A DNA stretch of 64,000 nucleotides, taken from assembly GCA_963791045.1 (NCBI GenBank), contig CAWBQK010000013.1, positions 270,933 to 334,932 of the forward strand, given 5' to 3'. The notes beneath the pieces are model-generated. The model ran no database searches and was not told the origin of the DNA. It saw only the letters and a program-made list of their open reading frames with translations. Of the stretch, positions 50,590 through 62,635 are shown in pieces (the first letter of the stretch is position 1; each line of letters opens with the position of its first letter). The DNA is from Candidatus Latescibacterota bacterium (lineage in GTDB: Bacteria; Krumholzibacteriota; Krumholzibacteriia; WVZY01). A program made the translations under genes and the position numbers.

Positions 50590-52260
50590 CTAGGCGTATT
50601 CCGGATAGACCGGCCAGTACATCTGTTCTTTCATATACGCCAGCAAATCGTCAGGTCTTTCGACGGTCGCCAGTTCGCGCTTGTAAGCCACCTCGGCAAC
50701 AGCCGCGGCAATGGCGCCCGACACCTCACGGATCTTTGTCAATGGCGGATACACACACCCGAATTCGAGTTCTGCATCCGTCACCTGCTGGGCCAACGTT
50801 TTGGCCGCTTCAAAGAACATTTCATCGGTGACGCGTGTGGCGCCGCACGACACAACACCCAGGCCGACACCCGGGAACACATAGGCGTTGTTCCCCTGGC
50901 CCGGAACGAATTTCTTGCCGCCGATTTCGAGTGGATCGAACGGGCTGCCGCTCGCATAAATCGCTCTACCGTCGGACCATGTGTATGCCTGCTCCGCCGT
51001 ACACTCAGCCTTTGATGTCGGATTCGACAAGGCGAAGACCAGCGGCCGCTCGTTGAGTTCACTCATGGTTTTAACGACTTCTTCGGTAAACGTTTGGGGC
51101 TGACCCGACACACCGATGATCGCCGTGGGTTTGAGATCCTTTATGACGGACAGAAGATCGGGATGGAACTCATGCTCGTGGGCGAAGCCAAGCTTGTGCG
51201 GCTGGAGCTCTTCGAGCCGACTCTTGACCACGAGACCCTTTGAGTCAACCATCCAGCAACGTCTCTTCGCTTCTTCAGGTGAAAGCCCTTCGGCAATCAT
51301 TGCCGACACGATGAGATTGCTGATTCCGACGGCTGCGGAACCGCCGCCGAGGAACACGATATTCTGATCTTTGAGGGCGCCGCCCGTGATTCTCATCGAG
51401 CCGTAGATCCCGGCAAGTGTCACGCCGGCCGTGCCCTGGATGTCGTCATTGAACGAACATACCTGTTCGCGGTACTTGTCGAGCACGCGGAATGCGTTTA
51501 GGTTCGCAAAATCTTCCCACTGGATCAGACAGTTTGGGAAGACGTCCTGCACGGCCCACACAAACTCATCAACGATTTCGTCGTATTCATCACCGCGAAG
51601 TCTCGGCTTCTTCACGCCGATATACAGCGGATCTTCGAGAAGCGCCTGGTTGTTCGTTCCGACATCGAGAGTGATGGGGAGGCACAACTGCGGGTCAACG
51701 CCGGCACACGCCGTGTAGAGACACAGCTTGCCGACCGGAATGCCCATTCCGTTGGCTCCGAGATCACCGAGACCGAGGATACGTTCGCCGTCTGTTACGA
51801 CGATAACCCGCGTTTCCGTCGTTCGCCAGTTGCGGAGAATGTCTTTCATGTGACCCTTGTCATTCGCCGACAGAAAGACGCCGCGCGAGCGCCGAAGGAT
51901 GTGCCCGTATTCCTGGCACGCCTTACCGACCACAGGTGTATAGATAATCGGCATCAGCTCAACGATGTTGTCGAGAATAAAACGGTAGAACAGCGTCTCG
52001 TTCCTGTCCTGGAGCGCGGCCATCTGGATAAACCTCTCGAGCTGATTCGGCTTTGTCTTGAAGTTTTCCATGATGCGCAGCAGCTGTCGTTCGATGTCCA
52101 CCACAACAGGCGGAAGCAGTCCTCGCAATCCCAACGCGTCACGCTCCGCTTCCGTAAATGCGGTGCCCTTGTTCAGAGAAGGATCGTGAAGCAATTCTTC
52201 ACCTGTAGGAATCCGTCGGATACAGTTTTTACTCTGTACCTTTATGTATTTGTCAGCCAT
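50590..52260 (-). CDS. maeA: NAD(P)-dependent malic enzyme (large MaeA/SfcA type)
   Basis: [55 protein letters not shown]. Confidence 0.93.
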   Translation of the reverse strand: MADKYIKVQSKNCIRRIPTGEELLHDPSLNKGTAFTEAERDALGLRGLLPPVVVDIERQLLRIMENFKTKPNQLERFIQMAALQDRNETLFYRFILDNIVELMPIIYTPVVGKACQEYGHILRRSRGVFLSANDKGHMKDILRNWRTTETRVIVVTDGERILGLGDLGANGMGIPVGKLCLYTACAGVDPQLCLPITLDVGTNNQALLEDPLYIGVKKPRLRGDEYDEIVDEFVWAVQDVFPNCLIQWEDFANLNAFRVLDKYREQVCSFNDDIQGTAGVTLAGIYGSMRITGGALKDQNIVFLGGGSAAVGISNLIVSAMIAEGLSPEEAKRRCWMVDSKGLVVKSRLEELQPHKLGFAHEHEFHPDLLSVIKDLKPTAIIGVSGQPQTFTEEVVKTMSELNERPLVFALSNPTSKAECTAEQAYTWSDGRAIYASGSPFDPLEIGGKKFVPGQGNNAYVFPGVGLGVVSCGATRVTDEMFFEAAKTLAQQVTDAELEFGCVYPPLTKIREVSGAIAAAVAEVAYKRELATVERPDDLLAYMKEQMYWPVYPEYA

Positions 52261-52532
52261 CGCAAATTCTCCTTTTCGAGACTCAATCGGGCTGATTGGT
52301 TAATATGAAGGAAAAAGCAACTCGCCGGGAGCGGCAATCGCCCACACCCTGGATCCCCCGGACCCGGCAAATCAAATTTTGTATAAGCGGAAATGTGACC
52401 GCGAACACGCCCTTCCCCACCTCGTCTGCCGCGAGGGTTTTTCACAACAGAATCAAATCTTTACGATACCGGTTACCTCCATGACCACGCCGCTTCGGGG
52501 AAGCGGCAGGGGCCTTACCGTAAGATCGATTC

Positions 52533-52561
52533 ATTTTATACCCTTGGTGTGCCGCCGTCAA
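52533..52561 (-). promoter_or_regulatory. sigma70 promoter upstream of maeA (mirror copy at 62335-62363, +)
   Basis: TTGACG, 17 bp, TAAAAT. Confidence 0.6.
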
Positions 52562-52622
52562 GCGGCTGATCTTTCCGGCGACGCGAGGAGTGGTTTGCGG
52601 CCGAGACGACACGAAGCGGCGG

Positions 52623-54065
52623 CTATTTACGCCAGTACGAGGGGGAAAAAAGGATGACAACGGTAAAGATCTCCAGGCGCCCGGCGAGCATGAGAAACGC
52701 GAGAACCCACTTGCCCAGAGCCGGAATGTGGGCATAGTTGTCCATCGGCCCGACATCGCCAAGACCGGGCCCGATGTTATTCATCGTCGCCGCCACCGCG
52801 CCAAACGAGGTCGCCATATCGAGTCCAAGGGCCGACATCGCGAACACCCCGACAATAAAAATCAGAATGAAGGTTATAAAAAAGCCGACGACATTTGACA
52901 CGACTTCGCGGGGAATCGCGTTTTCCCCGAGACGCACGGGGCGGACCGCGTGCGGGTGGAGCAGGTGGGTGATTTCATTGAAAACGAATTTGATGAGCAG
53001 GTGGATACGCATCACCTTCATCCCGCCGCCCGTCGATCCGGCGCACCCGCCGACAAACATGAGCACGAAAAGCACGAACTGCGATGTAAATGCCCACTTC
53101 TCGTAGTCGGCCGTACCGTAGCCCGTCGTCGTAACTATCGATACGACCTGGAATAGCGCTTTTCTGAACGCGAACGGAAAGTTCCTGTACTCAATAAAAA
53201 ATGTATCGAACCCGATGAGAACCAGCGCGAAACCGATGATCGACATGAAGAACAAGAATTCCCTGTTCCGGACGTATGCCCGGATGTCTCCGCGGAGCAA
53301 CCTGTAGTGGAGGGCGAAGTTTGCCCCCGCCAGGATCATAAAAACGATAACGACATAGTCGATGTAAGCGCTGTTGTATGCGCCGATGCTCGCGTTTTTT
53401 GTCGAGAAACCGCCCGTCGCCATTGTCCCGAATGTGTGACAGAGCGCGTCGAAAACCGACATCCCGCCGAGGAAGAGAAGCAGCGCCTCGATCGCGGAGA
53501 TCAATACGTACACACCCCAGAGTATCTTGGCCGTTTCGGTGATTCGCGGTGTCAGCTTGTCCGCGACGGGACCGGGAACCTCCGCTTTAAAAAGCTGCAT
53601 ACCGCCGACACCGAGAAAAGGGAGGATCGCAAGCGAAAGCACGATGATCCCCATACCGCCAATCCAGTGTGTGAGACTGCGCCAAAAAAGCACCCCGTGC
53701 GGCAGTGTCTCGACATTGGTGAGAATCGTCGCCCCCGTGGTCGAGAAACCGGACATCGTCTCGAAATACGCGTCGGTGAATGACGGAATCGCCCCCGACA
53801 GGATAAACGGTAGACAGCCAAAGAGCGAGAAAAGGACCCAGGCAAAGGTCACGACGGCGAACCCTTCCTTGGGCCGGAGGTCTTTCTCGAAACGTGTCAG
53901 CTTGAAAAGGAGAAAACCGATGAGAAGTGTTATGCCTGCGCTGCTCAGTAGCGCGACGTAGTCGCCGTCACCATAGTAGAACGAGAACCCCGCGGGAAGC
54001 GCCATCGCGATCGCGAGAAAAATCAAAAGAAACCCGAGGATGTGTATGACACTGGAAAAATGCAC
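52623..54065 (-). CDS. trkH: Trk K+ uptake membrane subunit
   Basis: [46 protein letters not shown]. Confidence 0.92.
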   Translation of the reverse strand: MHFSSVIHILGFLLIFLAIAMALPAGFSFYYGDGDYVALLSSAGITLLIGFLLFKLTRFEKDLRPKEGFAVVTFAWVLFSLFGCLPFILSGAIPSFTDAYFETMSGFSTTGATILTNVETLPHGVLFWRSLTHWIGGMGIIVLSLAILPFLGVGGMQLFKAEVPGPVADKLTPRITETAKILWGVYVLISAIEALLLFLGGMSVFDALCHTFGTMATGGFSTKNASIGAYNSAYIDYVVIVFMILAGANFALHYRLLRGDIRAYVRNREFLFFMSIIGFALVLIGFDTFFIEYRNFPFAFRKALFQVVSIVTTTGYGTADYEKWAFTSQFVLFVLMFVGGCAGSTGGGMKVMRIHLLIKFVFNEITHLLHPHAVRPVRLGENAIPREVVSNVVGFFITFILIFIVGVFAMSALGLDMATSFGAVAATMNNIGPGLGDVGPMDNYAHIPALGKWVLAFLMLAGRLEIFTVVILFSPSYWRK

Positions 54066-54084
54066 CGGCGGACCCGTCCCGTTA

Positions 54085-55428
54085 TTACTTTTCGAAGAGT
54101 TTCTCGACCTCGTCCAACGCCTGCGGTGTCGTAAAAACAACCACTTTGTCGCCGGGCTCGATCTGCGTATCTCCCTTTGGAATAATAAGTTGGCCTTCGT
54201 GCAAAACCGCCCCAACCAGCGCCCCCACCGGGAAATTGATATCGGTCAGCTGCTTCTTGGTGATCTTGTCCCCGTCCTGGGCAACAAATTCGAGGAGCTG
54301 GGCCTGGATTCCGGGAAGACTGGCGATCGACTCGACTTCCTTCTGCTGAATGTGTCTCTGAACGGCGTTTACCGTGAGCAGCTGTTTGCTCACCACCGCA
54401 TCCATACCGATCTTTGTGGTGATCGGAAGATACTCGAGCTTGTTGACCAGAGCGATGGTTCGGGGAACAAGCATGTGACCCGCGACCAGGGTGGTAATAA
54501 TATTGGTTTCGTCGTCGCCCGTGACGGCGATAAACGCGTCCATGTCGACAATGCCCTCGGTGGCGAGGAGATCGATATCTGTTCCGTCTCCATGGATTAT
54601 CAGAGTGTGCGGTAGAATGTCCGCGATTTCTTCAGATTTGCCCTTGCTGCTTTCGACAATTTTGACACGGACGCTTTTACCGAGCATGGATGCAATGAAT
54701 TGACCGATCAATCCGCCGCCAAGGATCATAATATCCTCGACACGAACGTCCGTCTTGCCCGAGATCTTTATCAGTTCGGGCACAAAACCCGGATCACACA
54801 CGACGAATATCTGGTCGCCGGTGTTGAGCTTGTCGTCACCCTTGGGGATAATTGTATCCTGATTCCTTGCGATCGCCACGATCCGCATGGGCGGATTACC
54901 GTGATGTCTCGCGAGATCAACCAGCCGAATGCCGAGCATCGGAGAGTTGCCCTCGAGCCGCATTCCCACAACTTCTATTTTGCCATCGGCAAACTGAAGC
55001 ACGTCGGTGGCGCTCGCCTGCCGGATCAGTCGAACGATCGCCTTCGCCGTCTCCTTCTCCGGGTGGATGATCAGGTCGGCGCCGAATTCATGCGCCTCGA
55101 TGAGACATTCCGAATCGGCCAGTTCGGGATTTCGCACACGCGCGATCGTGCTCCCCGCCCCCGCTTTTTTTGCGAGCATGCACGCGAGGAGATTGACCCC
55201 ATCGCTGTCGGTCATCGCCGCGACGATATCGGTATGCTCGATGTCAGCCTCTTTGAGAACCCTGACGCTCTCGCCGTGACCCTCTATTACAATCGCGTCG
55301 AGCTGTTCACGCGCGCGCCGGACCTTTTGCGGATCCAGTTCGACGATCGTGATGTCATGCTTATCGAGCGACAGTTGTTTGGCCAGCTGGAACCCAATAT
55401 CACCCGCGCCAATTATAAGAACTCTCAT
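54085..55428 (-). CDS. trkA: Trk K+ uptake RCK subunit
   Basis: [28 protein letters not shown]. Confidence 0.93.
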   Translation of the reverse strand: MRVLIIGAGDIGFQLAKQLSLDKHDITIVELDPQKVRRAREQLDAIVIEGHGESVRVLKEADIEHTDIVAAMTDSDGVNLLACMLAKKAGAGSTIARVRNPELADSECLIEAHEFGADLIIHPEKETAKAIVRLIRQASATDVLQFADGKIEVVGMRLEGNSPMLGIRLVDLARHHGNPPMRIVAIARNQDTIIPKGDDKLNTGDQIFVVCDPGFVPELIKISGKTDVRVEDIMILGGGLIGQFIASMLGKSVRVKIVESSKGKSEEIADILPHTLIIHGDGTDIDLLATEGIVDMDAFIAVTGDDETNIITTLVAGHMLVPRTIALVNKLEYLPITTKIGMDAVVSKQLLTVNAVQRHIQQKEVESIASLPGIQAQLLEFVAQDGDKITKKQLTDINFPVGALVGAVLHEGQLIIPKGDTQIEPGDKVVVFTTPQALDEVEKLFEK

Positions 55429-55516
55429 GCCGAAATACGCTCCCTTGCGTTGGTCCCGCGATTATATACGAAATACGCTCAATATCCACTTCTGAAATGT
55501 CTTTTGGGGTAAAGAC

Positions 55517-56269
55517 TTAGCCAAAAGCGAAGATGAGCGCGCGGAGCTCGTTCCACAGTGCACGGTACTTGAGAGACGCCGGGGACGCCGGCGACACGGC
55601 GGGAACGGGTTGACGGGAAAGCCCCATACGTTCGATATCGGACATGTACGGGATATAGTTTTTCAATATCCCGCGGTACTCGCGCGACATGCGTTCCATG
55701 GTCGATCGGTGGAGTGTTTTGCGCATCTCCACCATGGAATAAAACGCGAGCACCTTTTGGGTCCCATATTCATTCTTGGCAAGAAAGTTGAGGAGCGTTT
55801 CAAATGTCCTCGCCGACAGTGTCGTCGGAACCACGGGAACGATAATCTCATCGGCCGCGGAGAAAACATTCTCGGCAACGATATTGATATTCGGCGGGCA
55901 GTCAAGAAAGACGAGATCGTAGTCTTCCGAAAATGGTTCGAGCACCTTTCGCAATCGATCCTTTGGATTTTTTGTTCCGCTAAGACCGACGTCGAAATTT
56001 CTGTATGAAAAGTCGCCGGGAAGCAGATCGAGATTTTCGTAATCCGTCCCCTTGATGCTGCGGTCGATTCGTTTGCCGCCCCGCAGCAGACTCTTCACCC
56101 CCGCTTTGATCTTGGGTTTGACGCGAAAGTAGTAAGTCGCCGAACTCTGGGGGTCGAGATCGCAAATGAGCGTTCGGCCGTCGGAGCGCGAAGCGAGATA
56201 GGACAGGTTTACGGCGGTCGCCGTTTTCCCCACCCCGCCTTTTATGTGATATACGGCTATTACTTTCAT
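55517..56269 (-). CDS. ParA/Soj-family ATPase
   Basis: Deviant Walker A KGGVGKT, DLDPQ, LDCPP; no parB nearby. Confidence 0.9.
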   Translation of the reverse strand: MKVIAVYHIKGGVGKTATAVNLSYLASRSDGRTLICDLDPQSSATYYFRVKPKIKAGVKSLLRGGKRIDRSIKGTDYENLDLLPGDFSYRNFDVGLSGTKNPKDRLRKVLEPFSEDYDLVFLDCPPNINIVAENVFSAADEIIVPVVPTTLSARTFETLLNFLAKNEYGTQKVLAFYSMVEMRKTLHRSTMERMSREYRGILKNYIPYMSDIERMGLSRQPVPAVSPASPASLKYRALWNELRALIFAFG

Positions 56270-56423
56270 AGTGTGTCCAAATCCTGGCACGGGTCCTTCA
56301 CTCTTGAGACAGTTCGATCTTTCTCTGGCCCTCGCTCCACTTCGCTCGACTAACCGTCGGCTGCGCCGACGGTGGATCTCGCTCGCTCCCGCGAAAGGGC
56401 CTTTCGAAAGACCGCCCCGGCAC

Positions 56424-57338
56424 TCACTCTGCCCGCGGAAAAAGCTCCTCAAATAAACGTGTATTCGCGGGGGAGGCGAACTTGCTAAAAACCTCCGCGA
56501 ACGAGTTTCTCACTTCCAATTTGTCGTTCTCGAGCGAGCCGATGAGCGCGCCGACAGCCACGCCGGTCATCCGCGTCTCCTCACCCATTCCGGACATCTC
56601 TTCGGCGAAAATCCTCAAGCCCTCCTGCTGAAAACAGATGTCCTGGTGGCGGCCAAGATTGTCCTGGAGCAGTTTCAGTTGTTTGATCAGTTTTGAAATC
56701 TTGTTTTTGTCGTATAAATTCGAAAAATATTCGAGAAGGTAGCGGAGTTTCTTGCAGTCGATTCGAAGCGCGTGTAGCGCGGCGTCTTCGAGTTCGGCGG
56801 CCACTTTGGATCCCGAATCGACAACACTTCCGTGACGCGACCTTATGCTTGCGTTGGCAAGTTCGACCACGGGGGTCGACGATTTCCTGTTGGCGTCATC
56901 TTCCGAAAGGGTCGTGTCGAGGATACGCTCCCACTCATCGAGAGTACCTAGACACTCATCGGAATCCAGCCACACGGCCACTCGAACCAGCTCGGTGGCA
57001 CGCTGGGCTCGGAGGTGTTCGAAGAGCGGCTCGATATGCTTGCGAACATCGGCCGGAACCAGTTCGCGGTAGCCGCCGGCGTTGAGCAGGTAAACGTCGA
57101 GGTCGCGGAGCCGATTGGTTGTGCTTCCGAATACGGCAAAGCGTTTGCGAAAGGTCCCCGCCACACCCGCAGGAAGAACCTTTTTGAGCTGTACGAGCCC
57201 CGCGCGAGTTCGCCGGCTCGCCACGCGAAAATCGTGAAGAAACTCGGTGTCGACATCCCGTTTGATGCCATCGATGTTTTTGCGCATTACGCCGGAAAGA
57301 AAACGAAATATGCGGACGAGCGCTTCGTAGCTGCTCAT
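56424..57338 (-). CDS. CHAD-domain (polyphosphate-binding) protein, 5'-truncated at the palindrome centre
   Basis: EFLHDFRVASRRTR, LRDLDV, LHALRIDCKKLRYLLE, LQDNLG. The frame stays open upstream (GDYSSKLNIKL) to the centre, with no RBS. Confidence 0.85.
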   Translation of the reverse strand: MSSYEALVRIFRFLSGVMRKNIDGIKRDVDTEFLHDFRVASRRTRAGLVQLKKVLPAGVAGTFRKRFAVFGSTTNRLRDLDVYLLNAGGYRELVPADVRKHIEPLFEHLRAQRATELVRVAVWLDSDECLGTLDEWERILDTTLSEDDANRKSSTPVVELANASIRSRHGSVVDSGSKVAAELEDAALHALRIDCKKLRYLLEYFSNLYDKNKISKLIKQLKLLQDNLGRHQDICFQQEGLRIFAEEMSGMGEETRMTGVAVGALIGSLENDKLEVRNSFAEVFSKFASPANTRLFEELFPRAE

Positions 57339-57541
57339 ATCGGGATCGAGTTTGATGTTCAGTTTGGAAGAGTAGTCGCCGGGGCGCTTTCGGCCGGCTT
57401 CGAGGAGGCTCGAATATATGTCGGCTCCGGCGAAAAAAATTCAAAGAGACCGGCGCCGACATATACTCGAGCCTCCTCGAAGCCGGCCGAAAGTGCCCCG
57501 GCGACTATTCTTCAAAACTGAACATCAAACTCGATCCCGAT

Positions 57542-58456
57542 ATGAGCAGCTTCGAAGCGCTCGTCCGCATATTTCGTTTTCTTTCCGGCGTAATGCGCAA
57601 AAATATCGATGGCATCAAACGGGATGTCGATACCGAGTTTCTTCACGATTTTCGCGTGGCGAGCCGGCGAACTCGCGCGGGGCTCGTACAGCTCAAAAAG
57701 GTTCTTCCTGCGGGTGTGGCGGGGACCTTTCGCAAACGCTTTGCCGTATTCGGAAGCACAACCAATCGGCTCCGCGACCTCGACGTTTACCTGCTCAACG
57801 CCGACGGCTACCGCGAACTGGTTCCGGCCGATGTTCGCAAGCATATCGAGCCGCTCTTCGAACACCTCCGAGCCCAGCGTGCCACCGAGCTGGTTCGAGT
57901 GGCCGTGTGGCTGGATTCCGATGAGTGTCTAGGTACTCTCGATGAGTGGGAGCGTATCCTCGACACGACCCTTTCGGAAGATGATGCCAACAGGAAATCG
58001 TCGACCCCCGTGGTCGAACTTGCCAACGCGAGCATAAGGTCGCGTCACGGAAGTGTTGTCGATTCGGGATCCAAAGTGGCCGCCGAACTCGAAGACGCCG
58101 CGCTACACGCGCTTCGAATCGACTGCAAGAAACTCCGCTACCTTCTCGAGTATTTTTCGAATTTATACGACAAAAACAAGATTTCAAAACTGATCAAACA
58201 ACTGAAACTGCTCCAGGACAATCTTGGCCGCCACCAGGACATCTGTTTTCAGCAGGAGGGCTTGAGGATTTTCGCCGAAGAGATGTCCGGAATGGGTGAG
58301 GAGACGCGGATGACCGGCGTGGCTGTCGGCGCGCTCATCGGCTCGCTCGAGAACGACAAATTGGAAGTGAGAAACTCGTTCGCGGAGGTTTTTAGCAAGT
58401 TCGCCTCCCCCGCGAACACACGTTTATTTGAGGAGCTTTTTCCGCGGGGTAAGTAG
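57542..58456 (+). CDS. CHAD-domain protein, mirror copy
   Basis: Near-identical to 56424-57338 (Y4F, one G to D change, different last residues). Confidence 0.8.
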   Translation: MSSFEALVRIFRFLSGVMRKNIDGIKRDVDTEFLHDFRVASRRTRAGLVQLKKVLPAGVAGTFRKRFAVFGSTTNRLRDLDVYLLNADGYRELVPADVRKHIEPLFEHLRAQRATELVRVAVWLDSDECLGTLDEWERILDTTLSEDDANRKSSTPVVELANASIRSRHGSVVDSGSKVAAELEDAALHALRIDCKKLRYLLEYFSNLYDKNKISKLIKQLKLLQDNLGRHQDICFQQEGLRIFAEEMSGMGEETRMTGVAVGALIGSLENDKLEVRNSFAEVFSKFASPANTRLFEELFPRGK

Positions 58457-58612
58457 AGGGACGGGGCGGTCTTTCGAAAGGCCCTTTCGCGGGAGCGAGC
58501 GAGAATCCACCGTCGGCGCAGCCGACGGTTAGTCGAGCGAAGTGGAGCGAGGGCCAGAGAAAGATCGAACCGTCTCAAGAGTGAAGGACCCGCGCCAGGA
58601 TTTGGACACACT

Positions 58613-59365
58613 ATGAAAGTAATAGCCGTATATCACATAAAAGGCGGGGTGGGGAAAACGGCGACCGCCGTAAACCTGTCCTATCTCGCTTCGCGCTCCG
58701 ACGGCCGAACGCTCATTTGCGATCTCGACCCCCAGAGTTCGGCGACTTACTACTTTCGCGTCAAACCCAAGATCAAAGCGGGGGTGAAGAGTCTGCTGCG
58801 GGGCGGCAAACGAATCGACCGCAGCATCAAGGGGACGGATTACGAAAATCTCGATCTGCTTCCCGGCGACTTTTCATACAGAAATTTCGACGTCGGTCTT
58901 AGCGGAACAAAAAATCCAAAGGATCGATTGCGAAAGGTGCTCGAACCATTTTCGGAAGACTACGATCTCGTCTTTCTTGACTGCCCGCCGAATATCAATA
59001 TCGTTGCCGAGAATGTTTTCTCCGCGGCCGATGAGATTATCGTTCCCGTGGTTCCGACGACACTGTCGGCGAGGACATTTGAAACGCTCCTCAACTTTCT
59101 TGCCAAGAATGAATATGGAACCCAAAAGGTGCTCGCGTTTTATTCCATGGTGGAGATGCGCAAAACACTCCACCGATCGACCATGGAACGCATGTCGCGC
59201 GAGTACCGCGGGATATTGAAAAACTATATCCCGTACATGTCCGATATCGAACGTATGGGGCTTTCCCGTCAACCCGTTCCCGCCGTGTCGCCGGCGTCCC
59301 CGGCGTTTCTCAAGTACCGTGCACTGTGGAACGAGCTCCGCGCGCTCATCTTCGCTTTTGGCTAA
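58613..59365 (+). CDS. ParA-family ATPase, mirror copy
   Basis: Identical to the left copy except S to F near the C-terminus. Confidence 0.85.
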   Translation: MKVIAVYHIKGGVGKTATAVNLSYLASRSDGRTLICDLDPQSSATYYFRVKPKIKAGVKSLLRGGKRIDRSIKGTDYENLDLLPGDFSYRNFDVGLSGTKNPKDRLRKVLEPFSEDYDLVFLDCPPNINIVAENVFSAADEIIVPVVPTTLSARTFETLLNFLAKNEYGTQKVLAFYSMVEMRKTLHRSTMERMSREYRGILKNYIPYMSDIERMGLSRQPVPAVSPASPAFLKYRALWNELRALIFAFG

Positions 59366-59453
59366 GGCTATATCCCAAAAGACATTTCAGAAGTGGATAT
59401 TGAGCGTATTTCGTATATAATCGCGGGACCAACGCAAGGGAGCGTATTTCGGC

Positions 59454-60797
59454 ATGAGAGTCCTTATAATTGGCGCGGGTGATATTGGGTTCCAGCTGGC
59501 CAAACAACTGTCGCTCGATAAGCATGACATCACGATCGTCGAACTGGATCCGCAAAAGGTCCGGCGCGCGCGTGAACAGCTCGACGCGATTGTAATAGAG
59601 GGTCACGGCGAGAGCGTCAGGGTTCTCAAAGAGGCTGACATCGAGCATACCGATATCGTCGCGGCGATGACCGACAGCGATGGGGTCAATCTCCTCGCGT
59701 GCATGCTCGCAAAAAAAGCGGTGGCGGGGAGCACGATCGCGCGTGTGCGAAATCCCGAACTGGCCGATTCGGAATGTCTCATCGAGGCGCATGAATTCGG
59801 CGCCGACCTGATCATCCACCCGGAAAAGGAGACGGCGAAGGCGATCGTTCGACTGATCCGTCAGGCGAGTGCCACCGAAGTGCTTCAGTTTGCCGATGGC
59901 AAAATAGAAGTTGTGGGAATGCGGCTCGAGGGCAACTCTCCGATGCTCGGCATTCGGCTGGTTGATCTCGCGAGACATCACGATAATCCGCCCATGCGGA
60001 TCGTGGCCATCGCAAGGAATCAGGATACAATTATCCCCAAGGGTGACGACAAACTCAACACCGGCGACCAGATATTCGTCGTGTGTGATCCGGGTTTTGT
60101 GCCCGAACTGATAAAGATCTCGGGCAAGACGGACGTCAGCGTCGAGAATATTATGATCCTTGGCGGCGGAATGATTGCCCAATTCATTGCTCCATGCTCG
60201 GTAAAACGTCCGTGTCAAAATCGTCGAAAGCAGCAAGGGCAAATCTGAAGAAATCGCGGACATTCTACCCCATACTCTGATAATCCATGGAGACGGAACA
60301 GATATCGATCTCCTCGCCACCGAGGGCATCGTCGACATGGACGCGTTTATCGCCGTCACGGGTGACGACAAAACCAATATCATTACCACCCTGGTCGCGG
60401 GTCACATGCTTGTTCCCCGAACCATCGCTCTGGTCAACAAGCTCGAGTATCTTCCGATCACCACAAAGATCGGTATGGATGCGGTGGTGAGCAAACAGCT
60501 GCTCACGGTAAACGCCGTTCAGAGACACATTCAGCAGAAGGAAGTCGAGTCGATCGCCAGTCTTCCCGGAATCCAGGCCCAGCTCCTCGAATTTGTTGCC
60601 CAGGACGGCGACAAGATCACCAAGAAGCAGCTGACCAACATCAAATTCCCGGTGGGGCGCTGGTTGGGGCGGTTTTGCACAAAGGCCAACTTATCATTCC
60701 AAAGGGAGATACGAAGATCGAGACCGGCGACAAAGTGGTTGTTTTTACGACACCGCAGGCGTTGGACGAGGTCAAGAAATTCTTCCAAAAGGAATAA
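59454..60797 (+). pseudogene. trkA: trkA mirror copy with frameshifts
   Basis: Single-base deletions relative to the left arm near 60190, 60206 and 60655. Confidence 0.75.
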
Positions 60798-60817
60798 CGA
60801 AACCGGACTGGCCGCCT

Positions 60818-62273
60818 GTGCATTTCTCCAGTGTGATTCACATACTGGGTTTTCTTTTTGATGTTCCTCGCTGTTGCGATGTTGTTACCGATCAGCGTTT
60901 TCACTGTACTATGGCGACGGGGATCACTACGCACTGCTTATTAGTGCCGCTATCACGCTTATCTTTGGTTTTATTACGTACAAATCGACAAAGTTTGCCC
61001 AGATGATTTTGAGACCCAAGGAAGGCTTTGCCATCGTCACCTTTGGATGGCTGGCGTTTTCTATTTTTTGGTAGTCGTTGCCAATTATATTTCGGGGGCA
61101 ATACCCTCGGTGACCGATGCGTTTTTCGAGACGATGTCCGGGTTTTCCACGACCGGGGCGACTATCTGACCGATGTGGAAGCGCTCCACACGGACTGCTC
61201 TTCTGGCGAAGTTTGACGCATTGGATCGGTGGGATGGGGATCATCGTGCTTTCGCTTGCGATCCTGCCCTTTCTCGGTATTGGTGGGATGCAGTTATTCA
61301 AAGCGGAAGTGCCTGGCCCGGTGGCCGACAAACTAACACCGCGGATCACCGAAACGGCCAAGATTCTCTGGGGTGTGTATGTGATGATCACCGCCGGGCG
61401 GAAGTCGGGCTTCTCCTGCTAGGGGGAATGGATCTTTGTTCGAGTCGCTCTGCCACGCGTTTGGCACGATGGCCACCGGCGGGTTCTCCACGCGCAATGC
61501 GAGTATTGGCGCGTATGACAGCGCCTACATTGATTATGTCATAACCTTCTTTATGCTTCTTGCCGGGACCAACTTTGCACTTCACTACCGATTCATAGGC
61601 GGAGGGATTTCCGGGCCTATATGGGAAGAGCCAGGAGTTTATGTTTTTCCTCTCGATTATCGGGGTCGCGCGGTTGCAATCATCGGACTCGATACATTTT
61701 TCATCATTATAACGACGTCGCCTTTACGATTCGAAGACGCTCTTTCAGGTCGTGGCGATTCTTACAACAACAGGGTACGGAACGGCGGATTACGAGGAGT
61801 GGTCGTTTACGTCGCAGTTTGTTTTGTTTGTGTTGATGTTTCTTGGTGGATGCGCCGGATCTACGGGTGGTGGGATGAAAATCATGCGTATCCATCTATT
61901 GGTCAAGTTTGTCTTTAACGAGATCACGCATCTGCTTCATCCCCACGCGGTGCGGCGCGTGCGAATTGGCGACAACGCGATTTCGCGCGATGTGGTTCAG
62001 AATGTAGTCGGGTTTTTTATCACATTCATACTTCTCTTTATCGCCGGTGTGCTTGTCATGTCGGCGCTTGGTTTGGATATGGCAACGTCGTTTGGGTCGG
62101 TGGCGGCGACGATGAACAACATCGGCCCCGGTCTTGGTGATGTCGGACCCACCGACAACTACGCGCATATCCCCGCGTTGGGGAAGTGGGTTCTGTCGTT
62201 TTTGATGCTTGTCGGCCGGCTGGAAGTGTTTACGGTGATCATCCTCTTTTCGCCCTCATACTGGCGAAAGTAG
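60818..62273 (+). pseudogene. trkH: Divergent trkH copy with multiple frameshifts
   Basis: Fragments [26 protein letters not shown] and [10 protein letters not shown]...SPSYWRK lie in different frames, with many substitutions versus the left copy. Confidence 0.8.
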
Positions 62274-62635
62274 CCGCCGCTTCGTGTCGTCTCGGCCGCA
62301 AACCACTCCTCGCGTCGCCGGAAAGATCAGCCGCTTGACGGCGGCACACCAAGGGTATAAAATGAATCGATCTTACGGTAAGGCCCCTGCCGCTTCCCCG
62401 AAGCGGCGTGGTCATGGAGGTAACCGGTATCGTAAAGATTTGATTCTGTTGTGAAAAACCCTCGCGGCAGACGAGGTGGGGAAGGGCGTGTTCGCGGTCA
62501 CATTTCCGCTTATACAAAATTTGATTTGCCGGGTCCGGGGGATCCAGGGTGTGGGCGATTGCCGCTCCCGGCGAGTTGCTTTTTCCTTCATATTAACCAA
62601 TCAGCCCGATTGAGTCTCGAAAAGGAGAATTTGCG

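Larger units (their letters stand above)
50896..57430. repeat. Left arm of giant inverted repeat
   Basis: Reverse complement of 57450-64000; paired start codons sum to 114880-114896. Confidence 0.95.

Noticed and set aside
52470-52495. GGTCATGGAGGTAACC (minus strand) loosely resembles a fluoride riboswitch P1
   Set aside because: Lacks the GAUG core and pseudoknot partner, and the downstream gene is unrelated to fluoride.
56270-56423. Small hairpins (accgtcggc-tgc-gccgacggt; gaaagg-g-cctttc) between CHAD and parA
   Set aside because: The only other copy is the palindrome mirror; not enough to call a REP element or ncRNA.
57400-57480. Palindrome centre as a protelomerase site or invertible-element crossover
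   Set aside because: It lies inside a coding frame, the arms have mismatches, and no telomere resolvase or recombinase is in the window.
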